This document shows positions 8,682 through 16,799 of a DNA stretch of 32,000 bases, piece by piece. Position 1 is the stretch's first letter, and the number at the start of each line of letters is the position of its first letter. The notes below the pieces were generated by a model. That model ran no database searches. It was not told where the DNA came from and was given only the letters and a program-made list of their open reading frames with translations. Made by a program: the position numbers and the translations under genes. The DNA comes from Pyrodictium abyssi (GTDB lineage Archaea > Thermoproteota > Thermoprotei_A > Sulfolobales > Pyrodictiaceae), in assembly GCF_036323395.1 (NCBI RefSeq), contig NZ_AP028907.1, positions 600,001 to 632,000 of the forward strand, read 5' to 3'.

Positions 8682-9260
8682 CTACCAGCAGGCTACTATC
8701 CGGTAGGTGGGCCGGCGTCCGTCTCTCCAGACGCGCTGCACACGTAGCCCCTTCTCCTCGAGCTCTCCCGCAAGATCGTCTGGGGCCATGAACCTGGCTG
8801 GGAAGCCTGCGAGCCTCTCCAGGAGGGCTATGAGCCTGCCGGCGGGTGTGCCGGGGTCTATGTCGTCTACTAGCATGCACTCTGCCGCCCGGGCGGCTTC
8901 CCGTAGCGCCTCCCCGGGGTCGTCTACGTGGTGTAGCGAGTCGTGGAGCACTGCTAGGCTTGCGGCGTGGCTGCGTAGTGGCAGCTTCTCTGCGACTCCC
9001 TGTACCCGCTCGAGGACGGGGCTGGGGCTCGCTGCTCTGAGGAGGGACTGGTCGGGGTCGAGCGCTATGTAGGCCTGGGGCCGGTGGCCCTCGGCCTCGA
9101 GGGCTCTGGCTAGCAGCGCGTTGGCGGAGCCTATGTCGACGACTACGCGGGGCTTCATGGAGGCTGCTAGGGCTGCTGCCCGCCGGTGTAGCGTTGGCGG
9201 TGCTAGGCGGTAGAGTGCCCGGAGGAGGAGCTGGCCTATCATCCCTCTGGAGCGCCTCAC
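8682..9260 (-). CDS. Class I SAM-dependent methyltransferase-like protein
   Basis: 192 aa. 'VVVDIGSANALLA' is a degenerate motif I, 'YIALDPD' is the acidic post-I residue, and 'LAVLHDSLHHVDDP' is the Methyltransf_11-like motif. An alternative start is the ATG at 9242 ('MIGQ'). Confidence 0.55.
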   Translation of the reverse strand: MRRSRGMIGQLLLRALYRLAPPTLHRRAAALAASMKPRVVVDIGSANALLARALEAEGHRPQAYIALDPDQSLLRAASPSPVLERVQGVAEKLPLRSHAASLAVLHDSLHHVDDPGEALREAARAAECMLVDDIDPGTPAGRLIALLERLAGFPARFMAPDDLAGELEEKGLRVQRVWRDGRRPTYRIVACW

Positions 9261-9379
9261 TTCCCTTAGGGTCTTCCACAGGCGTTAATAATGCTGGCTG
9301 CCCGGGGGCCTCGCAGAGGGTTTAAGGGGGCCCGGGGGGCCACGATGACTCACGGTGATGCCCATTATCCGGGAGGCCT

Positions 9380-12340
9380 GTGCTGAAGGGAGGGTATGAC
9401 CCCCTCAAGGTCGAGGAGTGGGTTCTCCGCTTCTGGGAGGAGAACAGGGTATACGAGAAGGTGAAGCGGAAGACCTGGGACGAGCGCAGAGACGCCCCGG
9501 TGTTCGCGTTCCTCGAGGGCCCGCCCACCGCTAACGGCTTCATGCACGTCGGCCACGCCCGGGGCAGGACGCTGAAGGACGTGAAGCTCCGCTACGCCCG
9601 GATGCGGGGCTACCGGGTCTGGGACCAGGCGGGCTGGGACACCCAGGGGCTCCCCGTAGAGCTGGAGGTCGAGAAACGGCTAGGCCTGCGGAGCAAGAAG
9701 GAGATAGAGGAGTACGGCGTCGAACGCTTCGTCGAGGAGTGCCGCAGGCTCGTAGACTACTACATCGAGCACTGGGAGCGGGCGAGCAAGCGGCTAGGCC
9801 TCTGGCTAGACTACCAGCACGCCTACCAGACCCGGGACCCCCGCTACATAGAAGCCGTGTGGGAGTTCGTCAAGCGGGCGCACGAGAAGGGCCTACTCTA
9901 CGAGGGCCGCCGCGTAGTACCCCGGTGCCCGCGCTGCGGCACCGCGCTGAGCAGCCACGAGCTAGCCCAGGGCTACGAGGAGGTCGTCGACCCTAGCGTC
10001 TACTTCAAGCTACCCCTAGAGGGGCTCCAGGACACCTACCTGGTCGCCTGGACCACCACCCCCTGGACGATAATAGCCAACGAGGCCGCCGTCGTCCACC
10101 CCGAGGAGTGGTACGTCTTCGTGGCCGTCGGAGACGAGGTCTGGGTGGTGGCCGAGAAGCGGCTAGAAACCTTCGCCAAGGAGGTCGGGCTAGAGAGGTA
10201 CACCGTGATAGACAGGGTGAAGGGCTCCAGCCTCGTGGGCATGAGGTACCGGCACCCGCTCGCCGAGGAGGTGCCCTACCACCAGCGCCACGAGCCCCCG
10301 TACCACACCGTGCTGCCCGCGGACTGGGTATCCATGGAGGACGGTACCGGGATAGTCCACGCAGCGCCCGCCCACGGCCCCGAGGACTTCGAGCTAGGCC
10401 AGAAGCACGGCCTGGAGGCGTACACGCCGCTACGCGAGGACGGCGTATTCGGCGACGACGCCGGGGCGTTTAAGGGACTCTGGTTCGAGGACGCTAGCAG
10501 GAAGGTAGTGGAGGTGCTGAAGGGGAAGGGGCTGCTCGTCCACGCCAGCACGGTGAAGCACGAGTACCCGTTCTGCTGGCGCTGCGGCACCAGGCTCTTC
10601 TACTACGCGTCGAGGCAGTGGTTCATAAGGCTCACCGACGAGCTGAAGAAGAAGATGGCGGACGAAGTATACTCGATGCGCTGGGCCCCAAGCTGGGCCG
10701 TCAAGAGGATGGGCGACTGGGTGGAGAACGCCCGCGACTGGTGCATAAGCCGTGAGCGCTACTGGGGTACCCCGCTACCCGTCTGGCGGTGCACAGGCTG
10801 CGGCCACACAGTGGTCGTAGGCAGCCTAGAGGAGCTACGCAGGCTAGCCCTGGACCCCGAGAGCGTGCCGGAGGACCCGCACCGCCCGTACATAGACCGG
10901 GTGGAGCTACGCTGCCCCAGCTGCGGCGGCGTGATGAAGCGCGAGCCGTTCGTCGTAGACGTCTGGATGGACAGCGGCGTAGCCCACACCGCTGCGCTCC
11001 AGCAGTACGGCTGGCTCAGCCTGTGGGACCGGCTATACCCCTACACCTGGATAACCGAGGCCGCCGACCAGACAAGGGGCTGGTTCTACACGCTGCTCGT
11101 GACCGGCGTAGTCTGGCACGGCCGGGCGCCCTACCGTAGCGTGCTGCTCCAGGGCCACGTGCTCGACAAGCACGGCAAGAAGATGAGCAAGAGCAAGGGC
11201 AACGTGATATGGGCTATGGACTGGATGGAGAAGAACGGAGCCGACCCGATGAGGATATTCCTGCTGAGCCGCGCGCCCTGGGACAGCATAAACTTCGACC
11301 CGGACGAGGTGAAGCGGTACCAGGGCTACCTCAACATACTCTGGAACACCGTCAAGTTCGCCGACACCTACATGGAGCTAGACCAGTGGAAGCCTAAGCC
11401 GCCCTCAGAGGCCCGGCTCCAGGCCGAGGACCGGTGGATGCTCTACAAGCTAAGCGAGGCGCTGCGCAGAGTCGAGGAGGCCATAGAGAGCGACAACATG
11501 CACCAGGCCGTCCAGGCCCTAGTGGACCTGGTCGTGGAGCAGCTGAGCCACCGCTACATACCCCTGATAAGGCCCAGGGTCTGGGAGGAGGAGGCCACCG
11601 AGAGCAAGGACGCGGCCTACGCCACCCTCTACTACGTGCTGAAGGCAGCGCTAGCCGCGATGGCCCCGGTGACGCCGTTCCTAGCAGAGTACCTCTACCA
11701 GGCCTTCATACGGAAGTACGAGCCCGAGGCCCCCGAGAGCGTGCACATGCTCCAGTGGCCCAGCGTGCCCCGGGAGCTGCTAGACGAGGAGAGCTACCGC
11801 GCCGTAGAGGAGGCGCTAGACGCCGCAGAGAAGGTGCTGGCCCTGCGCAGCGAGCGCCGGCTCAAGAGGCGCTGGCCTCTCCGCCGCGCAGCCGTGGCCG
11901 CGAAGCCCGGGACGATGCTCAGCGCTAGCCGGCTCCGGGAGGCCGCCGAGGTGCTCGCCAAGTTCGCGAACATCAAGGCCGTGGAGGTCGTGGAGGGGGA
12001 GCCCGAGTGGGCGGCTGGCGCCGAGAAGCTGGAGACAGACAGCATGGTAGTCTACGTTGACATGGAGCTGGACGAGGAGACCCTACTCGAGGGCCTAGCC
12101 AGGGAGGTCATACGCCGCGCCCAGGTGCTGAGGAAGGAGCTAGACCTACCAGTAGACCACACAGCCAAGAAGCTACTAGTATACGCCACCGGCAGGCTAC
12201 GCAGCGCCGTAGAGCGCTACATGGAGCTCATAGCCCGCGAGGTACGAGTCGAGCAGGTAGAGCTGGCAGCAGAGCCGCCAGCCGGCGGGAAGCGCTGGCG
12301 GATAGAGGGAGAAGAGCTAGTAGTAGCTCTAGAACCCTAG
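9380..12340 (+). CDS. ileS: Isoleucine--tRNA ligase (archaeal/eukaryotic type)
   Basis: 986 aa with a GTG start. HIGH region 'PPTANGFMHVGHARGRT', then 'AGWDTQGLPVELEVEK', 'CPRCGTALSSHELAQGY', 'DWCISRERYWGTPLPVW' and KMSKS 'KMSKSKGN'. This combination fits IleRS better than ValRS or LeuRS. Confidence 0.85.
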   Translation: MLKGGYDPLKVEEWVLRFWEENRVYEKVKRKTWDERRDAPVFAFLEGPPTANGFMHVGHARGRTLKDVKLRYARMRGYRVWDQAGWDTQGLPVELEVEKRLGLRSKKEIEEYGVERFVEECRRLVDYYIEHWERASKRLGLWLDYQHAYQTRDPRYIEAVWEFVKRAHEKGLLYEGRRVVPRCPRCGTALSSHELAQGYEEVVDPSVYFKLPLEGLQDTYLVAWTTTPWTIIANEAAVVHPEEWYVFVAVGDEVWVVAEKRLETFAKEVGLERYTVIDRVKGSSLVGMRYRHPLAEEVPYHQRHEPPYHTVLPADWVSMEDGTGIVHAAPAHGPEDFELGQKHGLEAYTPLREDGVFGDDAGAFKGLWFEDASRKVVEVLKGKGLLVHASTVKHEYPFCWRCGTRLFYYASRQWFIRLTDELKKKMADEVYSMRWAPSWAVKRMGDWVENARDWCISRERYWGTPLPVWRCTGCGHTVVVGSLEELRRLALDPESVPEDPHRPYIDRVELRCPSCGGVMKREPFVVDVWMDSGVAHTAALQQYGWLSLWDRLYPYTWITEAADQTRGWFYTLLVTGVVWHGRAPYRSVLLQGHVLDKHGKKMSKSKGNVIWAMDWMEKNGADPMRIFLLSRAPWDSINFDPDEVKRYQGYLNILWNTVKFADTYMELDQWKPKPPSEARLQAEDRWMLYKLSEALRRVEEAIESDNMHQAVQALVDLVVEQLSHRYIPLIRPRVWEEEATESKDAAYATLYYVLKAALAAMAPVTPFLAEYLYQAFIRKYEPEAPESVHMLQWPSVPRELLDEESYRAVEEALDAAEKVLALRSERRLKRRWPLRRAAVAAKPGTMLSASRLREAAEVLAKFANIKAVEVVEGEPEWAAGAEKLETDSMVVYVDMELDEETLLEGLAREVIRRAQVLRKELDLPVDHTAKKLLVYATGRLRSAVERYMELIAREVRVEQVELAAEPPAGGKRWRIEGEELVVALEP

Positions 12341-12392
12341 CCTCTCCGTCTTTTACCCCTCTCCCGGCTCTTACGCTTCTCTCGCCGAGCAC
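12341..12392 (+). terminator. Pyrimidine/T-rich tract downstream of ileS (possible archaeal terminator)
   Basis: 'CCTCTCCGTCTTTTACCCCTCTCCCGGCTCTTACGCTTCTCTCGCC' follows the ileS stop directly. Archaeal termination commonly uses oligo-T/pyrimidine tracts. Confidence 0.3.
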
Positions 12393-12550
12393 TTTGCGCG
12401 AAGTCCCCACGCTTTTCTACCCATTAGTGCTCTTCAAGGAGACCGGCGCCACGGCACAGATATACCCAGACCATCGCGCTGCAGCCGCATACCTGTCTAG
12501 CCCCTGGAGCCACGGAGGGACATTCTCTGTTCTTCCCGCGCCCCCTGGGG

Positions 12551-13078
12551 CTAGGCGGGCTCCTGCCCTAGCGCCTCTGTACGGACTGGCTTCAGTGTAC
12601 ACCTGTCTAGTATCTCTGGGAGCATTTCTAGGAGGACGCGGGCGCCGGGGGTTAGGGGGAGCTTTAGGGCTTCCCGGTAGGGCACGAACCTGGCCTCCTC
12701 GGCGTCGCTGTCGCCCCGGGGCTCGCCCCGTAGGTACCTCATCAGCACGTCTATTATCACGTAGTGTTCGGGCTCGCCTAGGGGTCCCGGTGCTACCAGC
12801 TCGTGGATGTGTACTACGCCTAGGGGCTCGGCCTCGACCCCGGTCTCCTCTAGGAGCTCGCGCCGCGCTGCCTCTAGGACGGGTTCGCCGGGCTCTAGGT
12901 GGCCGCCGGGCAGGCTCCAGAGGCCGCGGAAGGGCGGGTACCGGCGCCTGACCAGCAGTATCTCTAGCCCGTCGCCGCTCCCGCGCGGCACTATCGCGCC
13001 CACGCCTACGACGGGGCCGCGGAGCCGCCTGTGCTGGCTAGCCACACCCAGTGGCACCAGTGTGGGCCTATAGGGCAC
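12551..13078 (-). CDS. NUDIX hydrolase
   Basis: Nudix box 'GGHLEPGEPVLEAARRELLEETGV'. The track ORF (12551..13369) extends upstream into the neighbouring gene. I place the start at the GTG at 13078, which is in frame and just downstream of the upstream gene's stop at 13114. A TATATCTAG element lies immediately upstream. The exact start is uncertain. Confidence 0.8.
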   Translation of the reverse strand: MPYRPTLVPLGVASQHRRLRGPVVGVGAIVPRGSGDGLEILLVRRRYPPFRGLWSLPGGHLEPGEPVLEAARRELLEETGVEAEPLGVVHIHELVAPGPLGEPEHYVIIDVLMRYLRGEPRGDSDAEEARFVPYREALKLPLTPGARVLLEMLPEILDRCTLKPVRTEALGQEPA

Positions 13079-13113
13079 GGCGCCTAGATATAGGGCGCGG
13101 GGCCGCCGGCGGC

Positions 13114-13449
13114 TTACTCCTCTAGGGGCTCGGCGCCCAGGATCTCCTCGGCTATCTCGTCGACCTCGCTGCCCTGGGCCTCGCGGAACCTCTTGGAGAG
13201 CAGCTCCCCTGCTTCCCTGCAAGCCTTCTCTATCTTCTCGAAGGGGATGTATATCAGCTCGCCGTCGCTCGTCTCGAGGAAGACCGCGAAGCGCTTGCGT
13301 GGATAGTCCACCGCCACGTGTAGGCATGGCGGCTCGCGGCACTCGTACCCGGTCAAGGCCTCCCCGCACCCCAGGGGCTCGGAGTGGGAGCCAAGAGAGG
13401 GGTTAAGAGGCTTTACCCCTTCACGGCATTTGACACACGTCATGATCAT
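13114..13449 (-). CDS. Hypothetical small Cys-rich protein with acidic C-terminus
   Basis: This is the C-terminal 111 aa of track ORF 13114..13698, starting at 'MIMTCVKCREG'. The longer version overlaps pyrD and its promoter, and its extension has junk-like composition. I recognise no family. It may be co-transcribed with the NUDIX gene, since the gap is 35 nt. Confidence 0.4.
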   Translation of the reverse strand: MIMTCVKCREGVKPLNPSLGSHSEPLGCGEALTGYECREPPCLHVAVDYPRKRFAVFLETSDGELIYIPFEKIEKACREAGELLSKRFREAQGSEVDEIAEEILGAEPLEE

Positions 13450-13555
13450 CCAGGTAGTGTAAACACGCTCTCGGAGACAATAAGCCCCGGCCGGCCATCT
13501 ATGCCCTCTATAATAAGCCCCGGCGCCGTAGAGGCCGGGAAACACGGGACAGCCC

Positions 13556-14464
13556 TTGCCGCTGCTAAGCGTACGCGTGGCCGGGCTAGAGCTAGAGCAC
13601 CCGGTGATGAACGCTAGCGGGGTCCTCGGCTCCAGCCCCGAGGCCCTCGAGAGGCTCGCCCGCGCAGGCGCCTCAGCCCTGGTGACCAAGTCGTTCACCC
13701 GGGAGCCCCGCGCGGGCTACACCACGCCGATAGCCGTGCCCCTGCCCCACGGCCTGCTCAACGCCGTGGGCCTATCCAACCCGGGGCTCGAGGGCCTAAG
13801 GGGCCTCGTCCAGGCAGCCCGGGGGCTCGGCAAGCCGGTGATAGTGAGCATAGCCGGCTCGACGCCCCGGGAGTTCGCCGAGCTAGCAGCAGCCGCGGAG
13901 GAGGCCGGTGCGGCCGCCGTGGAGCTGAACCTTAGCTGCCCCCACGCGCGGGGCAGGGGCCTAGAGCTCGGCATGGACCCCGCCACGGTGGGCGAGATAG
14001 TCGAGGCCGTAGCCTCCACGGTCAGGGTGCCGGTGCTGGCCAAGCTGGGGCTGGTTGACCGCCTAGTGGAGGCCGCGGGCAGGGCCCTCGGGGCTGGCGC
14101 CCGGGGCTTGGTGCTCATTAACACGCTCCGCGCCATGGCTATAGACGTCTACGCTATGAGGCCCGTGCTCGGCAACAGGGTAGGCGGCCTCTCCGGGCCC
14201 GCGATACACCCGGTAGCGGTGCGCGCCGTCTACGAGGTCTACCGGGAACACGGCTGCGACATAGTAGGCGTCGGCGGCGTCGAAGACTGGCGCACCGCGG
14301 CCGAGCTGATACTGGCCGGGGCGCGGGCAGTCCAGGTGGGCACAGCCATAGTCACCCGGGGCGAGCACGTGATAGGGGAGATAGTCGAGGGCCTCAAAGG
14401 CTACCTAGCCGAGGTCGGCGCAAAGACCATAGAGGAGCTAGTAGGAGCAGCCCACCGGCATTGA
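13556..14464 (+). CDS. pyrD: Dihydroorotate dehydrogenase, class 1 (Cys active-site base)
   Basis: 302 aa with a TTG start. Motifs: 'PVMNASGVLG', 'LVTKSFT', 'NAVGLSNPG', 'ELNLSCPH', 'GGLSGPAIHPVA', 'GVGGV'. A TCTATAATAA TATA-like box lies about 40 nt upstream. No pyrK-like electron-transfer subunit gene is adjacent. Confidence 0.9.
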   Translation: MPLLSVRVAGLELEHPVMNASGVLGSSPEALERLARAGASALVTKSFTREPRAGYTTPIAVPLPHGLLNAVGLSNPGLEGLRGLVQAARGLGKPVIVSIAGSTPREFAELAAAAEEAGAAAVELNLSCPHARGRGLELGMDPATVGEIVEAVASTVRVPVLAKLGLVDRLVEAAGRALGAGARGLVLINTLRAMAIDVYAMRPVLGNRVGGLSGPAIHPVAVRAVYEVYREHGCDIVGVGGVEDWRTAAELILAGARAVQVGTAIVTRGEHVIGEIVEGLKGYLAEVGAKTIEELVGAAHRH

Positions 14465-14496
14465 CGCTAGAGCCGCCGCTAGCTTGAGAAGCACGT

Positions 14497-15036
14497 TCAC
14501 TCGGTGCCCAGCCCGCCCCAGTAGCCATAGACGCCGCCGGGGCTTGGGCTCCCAGCCCTCCGCCTCGCCTGCCCCCTGATGCTCCTCGCGCCCAGCGCTA
14601 TGGCGGAGGAGTAGAGCACCGAGACCAGCGAGTAGACGTAGAACCCCGCAGCACCGCCGCCGGCAGCCACAGCGCCCACCGCCAGGACTATGGCTACGAG
14701 CCATAGGACCACCCCTACCCTCACCAGGGCCCCGCCGGGCTCGCCGCCTAGCCTCCAGAGCGCCCAGAGCAGCATAGCAGCCGCCACAACGCCCAGCAGG
14801 ACACCCACCACGTAGAAGACGGCAGCCAGGGGCACCAGGTCCAGGGACCCCGAGGCGAGCACAGCGAGCGAGACAGCAACCCCGGCAACGAGGGACAACA
14901 CGCCAAGCAGAGCAGCTACGGCGCCGTACACCCCCACGCGGTACCCTTCGTCGTACCTCCTCAGCGCGCTAAACCCCCGGTAGAGGAAGTAGATGGAGAC
15001 AAACGCTGCAGCCAAGGGCACAGCCACGGTGAGCAC
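14497..15036 (-). CDS. Hypothetical multi-pass membrane protein
   Basis: 179 aa with a GTG start. It has about 5 hydrophobic segments rich in A/V/L/G and the loop 'YRGFSALRRYDEGYR'. It may belong to a crenarchaeal DUF973-like membrane family; that is recollection only. The 5' region may be degraded (see findings). Confidence 0.55.
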   Translation of the reverse strand: MLTVAVPLAAAFVSIYFLYRGFSALRRYDEGYRVGVYGAVAALLGVLSLVAGVAVSLAVLASGSLDLVPLAAVFYVVGVLLGVVAAAMLLWALWRLGGEPGGALVRVGVVLWLVAIVLAVGAVAAGGGAAGFYVYSLVSVLYSSAIALGARSIRGQARRRAGSPSPGGVYGYWGGLGTE

Positions 15037-15294
15037 AATCCACAGCAGGAAACCGGGCTAGCATACCCACGAGCCGCTACGAACGCCTCAGCCACGATAG
15101 GGTGGGGAGGCGGCGCCGCCAGGCCCAGGAGACTCGCCGTAGCGCTCACCAGGTAGGCCCGGTAAACATAGCCGGCACCAGCCACAAGCCCCTCCAAGCC
15201 ACCAGCCCCACCAGCAACACACCCCGCAACAGCTACATAGAGACAACCAACAACCCACAGCTATAAACACCCACCCCAATATATCCAACACCAT

Positions 15295-15579
15295 TCTTTC
15301 CCACCACGTGTTTGCCCAGCCGGCGCTCCGTTCCGGAACCTTTCAGCTCCACATTCAAGTCCATGGGAACACACAATAGCTGGAGTTGAAAGCCGCCGTG
15401 AGAACACACCCAGCCCTAATAAGTCTTCATGGGAACAGGGCTCATGGAGACGCCGTGTCCGATCACCGCGGAATTGAGACTGTTCCCAAGGACAAGAAAA
15501 GCATAAATATCGGACAAGTAGGCAGATATAGACCGGATGTGTAGAATCCCCAATAGGGAACCATGCATTCCACATAGCG
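15295..15579 (+). promoter_or_regulatory. CRISPR leader (A/T-richer, structured, with TATA-like boxes)
   Basis: This region is visibly more A/T-rich than its surroundings and directly abuts repeat 1. TATA-like 'GCATAAATAT' (about 15502-15511) and 'CAGATATAG' (about 15523-15531) lie 50-80 nt before the first repeat. The degenerate repeat is at the opposite end of the array, which supports leader placement here. Confidence 0.55.
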
Positions 15580-16709
15580 AATAACTCAATAGAGAATTGT
15601 AAGATCGGGGAGTTACCGGCACCAGTCATCAAGGTCCCATATTCGGAATAACTCAATAGAGAATTGTAAGCTCTCCCTGGCTCTGGCGGCAGGCGTTTAG
15701 CCTTTGTGCCATTTGAATAACTCAATAGAGAATTGTAAGCTATACTAGAAGCCACGGGGTCGGCTGCTCCCACTCGGAGTCGGAATAACTCAATAGAGAA
15801 TTGTAAGTCGACTGTGACTACGACTATGTGCTTGCCTGCGGGGAAGTTGTGAATAACTCAATAGAGAATTGTAAGTGGTCTATGTTGTTACGAGCGATGA
15901 CCGGGGGAACCGTGAATAACTCAATAGAGAATTGTAAGGCCCTGTTGCTCCACCTCTCCGCGAGCCCCATCCTCTCCATGCTTACAATTGAATAACTCAA
16001 TAGAGAATTGTAAGAGGCCTTGTATCGGCATCCTCACGACCATGCTATCACCTCTTCCTCAGGAATAACTCAATAGAGAATTGTAAGCTTGATGAAGTCG
16101 TGGACCTGCTCGCCTGTCAGCACAGTGCACTGAATAACTCAATAGAGAATTGTAAGCTCTCTCGGGCCCGTCCTGCCCGCGTATCGTAGTCCCGTGGATA
16201 ACGAGGAGAATAACTCAATAGAGAATTGTAAGTCACGTATATAGTGCTGAGGTCCTGGACAAATGTCTGTATCAGAATAACTCAATAGAGAATTGTAAGT
16301 TACCCTGTAGAGCCCGCGGCCCACCTTCTCGAAGACGCCGCGAATAACTCAATAGAGAATTGTAAGGCTGATTCTCCGTGCTAGCCGCAGGCGGCGCCGC
16401 CTAAAGGAGAGAATAACTCAATAGAGAATTGTAAGGCTGGTACTGGGCGAAGCGGGACGCGGCGTCCCTCAGCGCCTTGGAATAACTCAATAGAGAATTG
16501 TAAGTAAGGAACCACGTCAAACGCCTCCTCGAGGAAGGCACACCGCCCTGGAATAACTCAATAGAGAATTGTAAGACAAGCATCGTAGCCGTCAGCATGG
16601 GGTCGCTCGTCCTACTAAGAATAACTCAATAGAGAATTGTAAGGACGGTGAGTAGGATGGGGCCGTTACGGACGCGAGGGCCATCCATAGCTCGGTGGAA
16701 ATTGTAGGA
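15580..16709 (+). CRISPR. CRISPR array: 16 identical 25-nt repeats GAATAACTCAATAGAGAATTGTAAG, one degenerate terminal repeat, 16 spacers of 38-51 nt
   Basis: Repeat starts are 15580, 15647, 15716, 15784, 15852, 15915, 15991, 16064, 16133, 16209, 16276, 16343, 16412, 16481, 16552 and 16620. A degenerate copy lies at about 16686-16709. All spacers are unique. I infer + orientation from the 3' ATTGTAAG end (compare the crenarchaeal ATTGAAAG 5'-handle source), from the position of the leader, and from the degenerate repeat at the far end. Confidence 0.97.
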
Positions 16710-16799
16710 CGGGAGAGTGCTGCTCCGTGTACACGTCTGTGCCGGAAGCTTATCGTGGGTGATGGCCGGCGTGTATGCGCAGCGTGGCTTAGTGTGGTG

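Noticed and set aside
12341-12550. Possible ncRNA or tRNA in the 210-nt convergent gap between ileS and the NUDIX gene, and tRNA-like strings elsewhere (for example 905-945)
   Set aside because: I found no cloverleaf-compatible acceptor/T-arm (GGTTCRAATCC-like) sequence, no convincing C/D boxes (RUGAUGA...CUGA at proper spacing), and no extended conserved helix by eye. A covariance-model scan (tRNAscan-SE/Infernal) would be needed to exclude small RNAs definitively.
16089-16132. C-box-like TGATGA in CRISPR spacer 8, and CTGATGA at 28446, as possible C/D box sRNAs
   Set aside because: There is no matching D box (CUGA) or terminal stem at the appropriate distance. The first lies inside a spacer and the second inside a promoter block.
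15261-16598. Track ORFs across the CRISPR array (15261-15773, 15416-15622, 16139-16324, 16401-16598, all minus strand) with the recurring peptide 'YNSLLSYS'
   Set aside because: The repeated peptide is simply the reverse-strand translation of the 25-nt CRISPR repeat. These are not genes.
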